This document shows, piece after piece, positions 7,585 through 13,722 of a stretch of 39,404 nucleotides of DNA. Position numbers and translations under genes: made by a program. Source of the stretch: Candidatus Methanophagales archaeon (GTDB lineage: Archaea; Halobacteriota; Syntropharchaeia; Alkanophagales; Methanospirareceae); assembly GCA_021161765.1 (NCBI GenBank), contig JAGGZZ010000081.1:1-39404 (forward strand), read 5' to 3'. The notes beneath the pieces were generated by a model, which saw only the letters and a program-made list of their open reading frames with translations, searched no databases and was not told where the DNA came from. Each line of letters starts with the position of its first letter. Within the stretch, counting starts at the first letter, position 1.

Positions 7585-8937
7585 ATGGCAAAGGAAATAA
7601 CCTTAGCGGACATAGCAAAAATACTGGAGAAATACGACATAGTGGAACTGGAGGACGTAAAGATAAAAGGAGATATAGAGTTAGAATTAGCTGAGGGCGG
7701 CGGCGTGGCACTTCCCCCTTCAATAACTCAAGCACTGCAATCCATAATAAGTGCAGCACATGTCTCCTCGTCAACCACCGAAGCCATCGCCACAACGGCA
7801 CAAGCACTGCAGTCCATACTAAGTCCAGGTGTAGGTGCAGGTATGCAAAAAGCCCAGATACCGGCGACACCCGCGGAGGAACCGGATTTAGAATTAATAC
7901 GCACGGAATTTAAAGTTGCGAAAACGGAATGGAAGGGTCAGATAGAAGAAGTTACAATTGGTGCTACATCGGCTGACGGCGGCACGAGAGAGGGAACGGT
8001 AACGATAGGAGGCGAAAAGGCGCTGCCTTTCTATAATTTTGACCATCAAATGCCGCATCCACCGGTGATTTCCGTAGATTGCTTTGACATCCCTATTACA
8101 CTGGCAAAGGCGGTGAGAGGGCATTACGAGGACGTGATGGAAGACCCGGGGGAATGGGCGAAGAAGAACGTGCGTGAATTTGGGGCTGATATGGTTACAA
8201 TTCATCTGATAAGCACAGACCCAACGATAAAGGATACGTCAGCGAAAGAAGCGGCAAAGACGGTAGAGGACGTGCTGCAAGCGGTAAAAGTCCCCCTTGT
8301 CATCGGCGGTTCTGGCAATCCGGATAAAGACCCGGGTGTGCTGGAAGCTGCCGCTGAAGCTGCCGAAGGCGAGAGATGTTTAATTGCATCCGCAAACTTG
8401 AACATGGACTACGAACGAATAGCAAAGGCGGCGCTGGAACACGGGCACGTTATCCTTTCGTGGACGCAGCTTGACATAAACGCACAAAAGACGCTGAACA
8501 AGTATCTGTTCAAACTCGGTGTGCCGCGCGAAGACATCGTGATAGACCCGACAACCGCTGCGCTTGGCTACGGTCTGGATTATGCATTCACGAACATCGA
8601 GAGGATGCGGATTTCGGCGTTAAAAGGCGATACGGATTTGGCGTTTCCGATTTCCTGCGGTATAACCAACGCGTGGGGTGCGAGAGAAGCGTGGATGAAG
8701 GATTCACCTATCAAGGAGGATTCTGATTGGGGACCTGCGGTGAATAGGGGTCCTTTGTATGAGATAATGACAGGATTGACATTAGGAATAGCGGGCGGAG
8801 ATATGTTTATGATGATGCATCCAAAGGCTGCGGCTGCGGTTAAACGCGTAACGCAAATGCTGTTTGGTGCGACGAGAGACGAAGATAAAGGTAAAAGAGT
8901 GGAGATGGGCGATTGGGTGACGTGGAGGGGCATATAA
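7585..8937 (+). CDS. cdhD: Acetyl-CoA decarbonylase/synthase complex delta subunit (corrinoid Fe-S protein small subunit)
   Basis: The 450-aa product has the N-terminal MAKEITLADIAKILEKYDIVELEDVKI... and TIM-barrel-like body typical of CdhD. It follows cdhC in the same direction. Confidence 0.85.
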   Translation: MAKEITLADIAKILEKYDIVELEDVKIKGDIELELAEGGGVALPPSITQALQSIISAAHVSSSTTEAIATTAQALQSILSPGVGAGMQKAQIPATPAEEPDLELIRTEFKVAKTEWKGQIEEVTIGATSADGGTREGTVTIGGEKALPFYNFDHQMPHPPVISVDCFDIPITLAKAVRGHYEDVMEDPGEWAKKNVREFGADMVTIHLISTDPTIKDTSAKEAAKTVEDVLQAVKVPLVIGGSGNPDKDPGVLEAAAEAAEGERCLIASANLNMDYERIAKAALEHGHVILSWTQLDINAQKTLNKYLFKLGVPREDIVIDPTTAALGYGLDYAFTNIERMRISALKGDTDLAFPISCGITNAWGAREAWMKDSPIKEDSDWGPAVNRGPLYEIMTGLTLGIAGGDMFMMMHPKAAAAVKRVTQMLFGATRDEDKGKRVEMGDWVTWRGI

Positions 8938-9076
8938 TAAGGAGAAAATGACGATACTTTTACCAGCATCCTTGCATCACTAATTATAACTTAGATTCTA
9001 AGTATATAAAATATGTTGCGGAATTTTTTGAATTTGGAAGAGTTTTAGAGTTTGTAGAAAACGGTTCGTTATCTAT

Positions 9077-9361
9077 TCACTCCAACCTCGCTCCGCGCTC
9101 CTTGCAGAATTTCTCACCTGCCTGCACCTCCTTCCCACAGCTTGGACACTTCCTCGACGAGCCTATCTCTGTCCGCTGCACAACACTGCCTTCAATAGTA
9201 ACACTTGTCGTGCCTGTTCCTTCTCCAATCCCACCAAAACTCGTTCTCTGCACCACAGAATCAATAATATTTATCACCTGCTTGCTTTCGATAACACCAA
9301 TCTCCTTTGCCGATTGAACCGAACCCGCGAGATGCCGTATACTGCTCGCAATCTCGTTCAA
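9077..9361 (-). CDS. Zinc-ribbon protein with duplicated (D/G)SVVQRT motif
   Basis: It has a C-terminal CPSCGKEVQAGEKFCKERG ribbon. There is no ATG: the only start is TTG, overlapping the stop of the upstream ORF inside a T6 run, so it may be the frameshifted tail of 9358..9822. Confidence 0.45.
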   Translation of the reverse strand: MNEIASSIRHLAGSVQSAKEIGVIESKQVINIIDSVVQRTSFGGIGEGTGTTSVTIEGSVVQRTEIGSSRKCPSCGKEVQAGEKFCKERGARLE

Positions 9362-9822
9362 AAAACCGTGCAGACCATAAGGCTTATCCTATGCGCGCAG
9401 GCTTCTTTGACGAACACATCAATTTCGTTGATACTGATTCCGCTAAACGACAAACCTTCCTGAATGTATTCACATGCATTTGCGTGCTCTGCGAATTCGC
9501 CTTCACGCATTGCCTTCTCCTTGAGGAACGGGCAAACGCAGTGTACCCCTTTAGGTCGCATTTGAACAGTGTGCTTTGTGCCAATATGGTCTTTGTAGAC
9601 GATGGTCGCTTCTATTTTCTCATTGTGTATGCAGCCAAGCGGTGTAAGTATGTATTTTGCAGTTCGCTCGCCGTTCGGGTGGATGTTGGCGAGCGTTTGA
9701 ACCACGTTGCCTTTCAAAGCGAAGAGTGTTCTGGGATAGTCGGGTATAGTTTCTACATCCAATATCGCATAGCCTGTATTGTTCACGACGCGGATACCGA
9801 ATCTTAGGTCGTTGTTTCGCAT
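9358..9822 (-). CDS. Hypothetical protein (beta-sandwich-like N-half)
   Basis: This is an ATG ORF of 154 aa. It is in the same frame as the upstream ORF, with only a TAG between them. Confidence 0.5.
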   Translation of the reverse strand: MRNNDLRFGIRVVNNTGYAILDVETIPDYPRTLFALKGNVVQTLANIHPNGERTAKYILTPLGCIHNEKIEATIVYKDHIGTKHTVQMRPKGVHCVCPFLKEKAMREGEFAEHANACEYIQEGLSFSGISINEIDVFVKEACAHRISLMVCTVF

Positions 9823-9867
9823 GATTTCGTAGCCTCGTTTTATTTCTATGATAAGATCCAGTGACTT

Positions 9868-10239
9868 CTAATAATTGGGCTTAAATGTCTTTTCGGGTAA
9901 CTCCACTTCTATCTCTGGTTTGCTTTCTTCTCTCATTCTCTTCGCAGTTTCTTCCGCCTGTTTTGCATATTTGATCGCATCATCATAACTTCCCCCGGCA
10001 AATGTAGAATTTGCCTTATTTAATAGATTAGTAGCTTCTGAAACAGCGCAAAATTCTTTTACTTTTTCAATTGTAGCCTCTGACGATTCTATGCAGTCTT
10101 TTACCTCTCTATACTTTGTATCCGTCTCTTTTGCGATTCTTTCAGCTTCTTTTGACGAATTGTATGCTTCTTCGTATTCACCATTGTCTAACGACTTTCT
10201 TGCGTTCTCCAGATTTTTCTCTGCGTTTGATAACACCAT
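9868..10239 (-). CDS. Hypothetical alpha-helical protein (repeated ..A.......G.Y(D/E)(D/E)A helix pairs)
   Basis: This is an ATG ORF of 123 aa with a Lys/Glu-rich helical sequence. It ends in a TAG that is in frame with the next ORF. Confidence 0.5.
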   Translation of the reverse strand: MVLSNAEKNLENARKSLDNGEYEEAYNSSKEAERIAKETDTKYREVKDCIESSEATIEKVKEFCAVSEATNLLNKANSTFAGGSYDDAIKYAKQAEETAKRMREESKPEIEVELPEKTFKPNY

Positions 10240-10349
10240 CTCATAACCTTTACGTGTATAAACGTCTTATCTTATCACTCAAATCTTCGGATTTCCGCCG
10301 CAAGTTTCTTTCTCGATTAGTTAAAATATCTTTCCTGCTTCGAATGAAT

Positions 10350-10610
10350 TCAATATTTTTCTCTTCTATTGGTATTCTTCTTCTTATCAATTAAAATTCT
10401 CATCATTTGATTACATCCCCTTTTCTCGATATAAAATACTTTTAATTTTGGATTTTCCCAATAACCTTTCTTGAATTCACCTTGCCTAATTTGTTGAGAA
10501 TACGTTTCAATTTCTCGGGGAGATAACTCACTGATTGTTATATTCTCTAGTTTATTTTTTAGCCCAGTTAAACCACTGAATATCTTTAATGGTTTTATGG
10601 CAACGATCAC
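10350..10610 (-). CDS. Hypothetical protein, possibly the +1-shifted continuation of 10552..10776
   Basis: It has only a GTG start and overlaps the upstream ORF by 59 nt. Confidence 0.3.
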   Translation of the reverse strand: MIVAIKPLKIFSGLTGLKNKLENITISELSPREIETYSQQIRQGEFKKGYWENPKLKVFYIEKRGCNQMMRILIDKKKNTNRREKY

Positions 10611-10776
10611 ATTCCCAATGGTCTATGAATAAACCTTTATGTTGCCAAAAATGTCCGCCACAATTTGGATGCGCAAATCCGTCATCACCACGAGTTCTCA
10701 ATAAATCCCTATGAAGATTGCTAATGTACTTATACTTGCAGTTTGGGCAGAATTTCTCCAACTCTTCTTCAGACAT
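10552..10776 (-). CDS. Small Cys/His-rich zinc-binding protein
   Basis: The translation is MSEEELEKFCPNCKYKY...HPNCGGHFWQH...HWECDRCHK. A GGAGTGA Shine-Dalgarno-like sequence lies 5 nt upstream of ATG 10776. The track ORF start at 10812 is less likely. Confidence 0.5.
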   Translation of the reverse strand: MSEEELEKFCPNCKYKYISNLHRDLLRTRGDDGFAHPNCGGHFWQHKGLFIDHWECDRCHKTIKDIQWFNWAKK

Positions 10777-10781
10777 ACAAT

Positions 10782-10865
10782 TCACTCCCTTTTCCCAATC
10801 GCCGCCCCGCAATTCGTGCAGAACTTCGTGCCAACTGGCAGCTCAGCGTTGCATTCTGGACACAT
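10782..10865 (-). CDS. 27-aa zinc-ribbon micro-ORF
   Basis: The translation MCPECNAELPVGTKFCTNCGAAIGKRE has a classical CPxC...CxxC ribbon. It is below the ORF-track length cut-off. Confidence 0.35.
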   Translation of the reverse strand: MCPECNAELPVGTKFCTNCGAAIGKRE

Positions 10866-10876
10866 AACAACCTTCT

Positions 10877-10999
10877 TCACTTCTTGAATCGCTCTTTTTC
10901 GAGTTTTAGTTCATGCGCTTTTCTTTCCAGCTCAAGAGTATGTTCATGCCGCTCTGCATCCATATCCAGTTCACGCCGCTGTTCAACTCGTTTCAGCAT
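10877..10999 (-). CDS. 40-aa charged coiled-coil micro-ORF
   Basis: The translation is MLKRVEQRRELDMDAERHEHTLELERKAHELKLEKERFKK. The open frame extends upstream without a start codon, so it may be a remnant. Confidence 0.25.
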   Translation of the reverse strand: MLKRVEQRRELDMDAERHEHTLELERKAHELKLEKERFKK

Positions 11000-11097
11000 C
11001 AACTTCCGTGCAAACGCACTATCCTCACGATTTCTCTGAGTCGGAACTTTTTTTTTATCACATTTAAAAACATGTCAGTGATTCAAGTCCCATAGGG

Positions 11098-11301
11098 ATG
11101 CCTATGAGAATTAGCAAAACCAAAGTTTTTGACTTTCTCATGAGATGCCAAATCGAAAAAGGGGGATATACAGGCAACGACATTGCAGAAATAGCTAAAA
11201 ACATCCCAGTATCGCCGCGAGCTCTGAGAAAACGGATAAATTATTGGAGGTTGAGTTTCATGCAGAAGAGGGACACTCTTGTAGGTGAAGAGAGTGCCTG
11301 A
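11098..11301 (+). CDS. Helix-turn-helix protein, transposase N-terminal-like remnant
   Basis: The segment ...GNDIAEIAKNIPVSPRALRKRINYW is an HTH of the IS630/Tc1-type transposase N-domain style. No catalytic domain follows. Confidence 0.4.
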   Translation: MPMRISKTKVFDFLMRCQIEKGGYTGNDIAEIAKNIPVSPRALRKRINYWRLSFMQKRDTLVGEESA

Positions 11302-11302
11302 A

Positions 11303-11440
11303 ATGAACAAAAAGTTATTAATATTTAAACGTAAGAAGGCAAAAGAACTACACGAGAAAGGATGGAGTAACCGCAAGATAGCACGTCATCTACTGGCAAG
11401 CAAAAACAGTGTAGGTAAATGGGTGCACGCAGATGGATGA
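11303..11440 (+). CDS. Second HTH fragment (45 aa), transposase/resolvase-like
   Basis: The translation is MNKKLLIFKRKKAKELHEKGWSNRKIARHLLASKNSVGKWVHADG. It starts 1 nt after the previous stop and is below the track cut-off. Confidence 0.4.
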   Translation: MNKKLLIFKRKKAKELHEKGWSNRKIARHLLASKNSVGKWVHADG

Positions 11441-11498
11441 AAGCGAAATATCAAGTGATAACAGAGGCGGGGAAAAGGGGAAATTAAAAAACTATATC

Positions 11499-11652
11499 AG
11501 AGACACTGATTAACGCAGACAAAAAAAAAACAGAAAATAAATTATAGACACAGATTAACGCAGATTAACACAGATGATAAGAATCAGCAATGTTCAACGT
11601 GTAAATAAATCTGCGTAAATCCGTGTAAATCTGTGTCTTAAATAGAAGGAAG
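11499..11652 (+). repeat. Composite intergenic element, copy B (hairpin arms + promoter-like end)
   Basis: GAAAATAAATTATAGACACAGATTAACGCAGATTAACACAGATGATAAGAATCAGCAATGTTCAAC...AAATCTGCGTAAATCCGTGTAAATCTGTGTCTTAAATAGAAGGAAG. The aroA ATG lies 34 nt after TTAAATAG. Confidence 0.9.
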
Positions 11653-11679
11653 TGACACTTTATATACAACGAAAAGTGT

Positions 11680-12972
11680 ATGGAGATAACAGTGCGAAAG
11701 TCGGGGATAAAAGGCGAGATAACTGCTCCTCCTTCTAAAAGCTACACGCATAGAGCCATTGCAATAGCTTCGCTCGCGCAAAAAAGCGATATCTTTTACC
11801 CCCTTATCTCTGAGGATACAAAAGCTACAATTAACGCCGCAGAATGCCTGGGTGCCGTTGTAGAATACGATGAGCACGTGAGGAAAATAAGGATAGAAGG
11901 CACAGAAGGACAACCGAGAACACCTGAAGACGTGATAAACGCCGAAAACTCGGGCACCACGCTGAGGTTCTTCACCGCTATTTCCTCTTTATGCGATGGC
12001 ACTACGGTTCTAACCGGCGATGCATCCTTAAGAAAGCGCCCAAATTCGCCTTTGCTCACGGCGCTGAACGACCTCGGCGCAGAGGCTATTTCGATAAAAG
12101 GAGATGGAACCGCGCCAATAGAGGTAAGAGGAAAGCTAAAAGGCGGAGAAACCACTATGGACGCTTCTATCAGCTCGCAGTTCATTTCCGCACTGCTCAT
12201 CGCCTGCCCGCTTGCAGAAAAACCTTCTTATATTGCTGCAACTAATCTCTCCTCCGTGCCTTATATGAGAATGACCGCTGAGGTATTAGAGCAAGCCGGG
12301 GTGAAAATCCCCTTCTCTCGCTCGTCCAACGATTATGCTTTTCACGTAGAAGGAGGCAAAAGATACGAGTTACGAAGGTTCACGGTTCCCGGCGATTTTT
12401 CATCGGCTTCTTATCTGTTAGCAGCCGCAGCAATCACGGATTCCGAGTTGAGAATAACAAATTTGTTCCCTTCTACACAGGGCGATTCACGAATAGTGGA
12501 AATATTGCGTGATATGGGTGCAGACATAAAATGGGCTGAGGAGAGTGGAGTGGTCGAAGTAAAAGGAACGAAAGAAGGTGAGCTGAAAGGCATAAAGGTG
12601 GATATGCGAGAGAACCCTGATTTGGTGCCTACCATTGCCGTATCCGCCGCGGTTGCCGCAGGCACGACAGAAATAACCGGAGTTGCTCATCTGAGATATA
12701 AAGAGACCGATAGATTGCGGTTTCTGACCGAAGAGCTGAGAAAAATGGGTGTGCGGATAGAGGAGAAGGAAGATGGACTGGTAATAGAAGGCGGAAAAAA
12801 AAGGAGATTAAAAGCTGCAAAGGTGTATTCCCATGACGACCACCGGTTAGCGATGGCTTTGTGTATTGCTGCTCTTTCCGCCACAGGGGAAACAGTTATA
12901 GAAGGGGCAGAATGTGCTGAAGTTTCTTATCCTTCTTTCTTTGAGGATATACGCAATTTGGTGCCGATATAG
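11680..12972 (+). CDS. aroA: 3-phosphoshikimate 1-carboxyvinyltransferase (EPSP synthase)
   Basis: The 430-aa product contains PPSKSYTHRA, NSGTTLRF, LRKRP, D-x-S-SSQF and RYKETDRL motifs. Confidence 0.9.
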   Translation: MEITVRKSGIKGEITAPPSKSYTHRAIAIASLAQKSDIFYPLISEDTKATINAAECLGAVVEYDEHVRKIRIEGTEGQPRTPEDVINAENSGTTLRFFTAISSLCDGTTVLTGDASLRKRPNSPLLTALNDLGAEAISIKGDGTAPIEVRGKLKGGETTMDASISSQFISALLIACPLAEKPSYIAATNLSSVPYMRMTAEVLEQAGVKIPFSRSSNDYAFHVEGGKRYELRRFTVPGDFSSASYLLAAAAITDSELRITNLFPSTQGDSRIVEILRDMGADIKWAEESGVVEVKGTKEGELKGIKVDMRENPDLVPTIAVSAAVAAGTTEITGVAHLRYKETDRLRFLTEELRKMGVRIEEKEDGLVIEGGKKRRLKAAKVYSHDDHRLAMALCIAALSATGETVIEGAECAEVSYPSFFEDIRNLVPI

Positions 12973-13010
12973 CGCTGCCGAACACTGAACACTAACATTA
13001 AAAAATTATT

Positions 13011-13162
13011 AACCACAGATTACACAGATTTCCACAAGAAAACAGAAAATAGATTATAGACACAGATTAACGCAGATTAACACAGATAATAAGAATCAAC
13101 ACGGTTAAACTAAAATAAATCTGCGTAAATCAGTGTAAATCTGTGTCTTAAATAGAAGGAAG
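13011..13162 (+). repeat. Composite intergenic element, copy C
   Basis: It is near-identical to copies B and E, including the spacer (GATAATAAGAATCAACACGGTTAAACTAAAATAAATCTGCGTAAATCAGTGTAAATCTGTGTCTTAAATAGAAGGAAG). It starts 38 nt after the aroA stop. Confidence 0.9.
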
Positions 13163-13182
13163 ACTCAGACAGCACAGAGGCA

Positions 13183-13377
13183 TTAACTTTTTTTGGCTTT
13201 TATGAATTCCGTGTAGCCGCATTTACCGCATGTATATCGGTCTTTATGCTCGGCTAAAAACACGCCCGCACCGCATCTTGGACACGTCTTTCGTTTCCTT
13301 TGCAATTTCCATCCCGCCTTCGCTTTTCCTTTCCCTTTTTCCTCTACCAATTCGTAAAACGTATGTATTGCTGTCAT
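13183..13377 (-). CDS. rps27ae: 30S ribosomal protein S27ae
   Basis: The 64-aa product has the [27 protein letters not shown] zinc ribbon. Its start overlaps the rps24e stop as ATGA. Confidence 0.85.
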   Translation of the reverse strand: MTAIHTFYELVEEKGKGKAKAGWKLQRKRKTCPRCGAGVFLAEHKDRYTCGKCGYTEFIKAKKS

Positions 13378-13706
13378 TCTTCTTGTCCCTCTTTTCCTTC
13401 GCCTATACCCTGGCTGCCGAAATTCCTCCTTATTATGTGTTCCTGCTCTACTTCCTTCAGCCGCTCCTCGTTTTCATATACCCTAGCATAGCCAACCGTC
13501 TCTCTTTTCCCGAATTCCGTTCGCATCTTGTCTATTACGAGCAGATTTGGCTTGCACTGAAGCTTTTTTATCAATACTTCTCGTGCTTGGGCTCTGCTTG
13601 GCGAAGCGCCTTTCGTTTCACTCTTTTCGTCGTGCTTTAACCTGAAAAATACTTCCTTCCTATTCAATAATTGATTTTCCCTCTCCTCTTTTATCTCTAT
13701 TTCCAT
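13374..13706 (-). CDS. rps24e: 30S ribosomal protein S24e
   Basis: The translation is [25 protein letters not shown]...[26 protein letters not shown], typical of S24e. The rps24e-rps27ae pair is a conserved archaeal arrangement. Confidence 0.85.
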   Translation of the reverse strand: MEIEIKEERENQLLNRKEVFFRLKHDEKSETKGASPSRAQAREVLIKKLQCKPNLLVIDKMRTEFGKRETVGYARVYENEERLKEVEQEHIIRRNFGSQGIGEGKEGQEE

Positions 13707-13722
13707 TTTTCTTTTTCTTATA

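Noticed and set aside
9868-9870. The in-frame TAG could encode pyrrolysine.
   Set aside because: TAG is used as an ordinary stop for several housekeeping genes here (HDAC-family gene, cdhC, aroA, ppsA, beta-helix gene). No pyl genes or methylamine methyltransferases are in view. Pseudogenisation or read-through is more parsimonious.
11075-11100. GTGATTCAAGTCCCATAGGG resembles a tRNA T-arm (GTTCAAGTCC).
   Set aside because: No acceptor, D or anticodon stems can be drawn in the flanks on either strand. No other tRNA-like sequence was found in the window.
11540-11640. The CACAGATTAA-type arrays could be a CRISPR array or a tandem-repeat satellite.
   Set aside because: The units are only 10 nt, with 2-3 per arm and no unique spacers of CRISPR size. 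They are arranged as inverted arms and dispersed as single copies between genes. No cas genes are present in the window.
13076-13100. GATGATAAG in the conserved spacer of the repeat could be a C box of a C/D-box sRNA.
   Set aside because: It deviates from RUGAUGA. No properly spaced CUGA D box or terminal stem was found, and the motif varies between copies.
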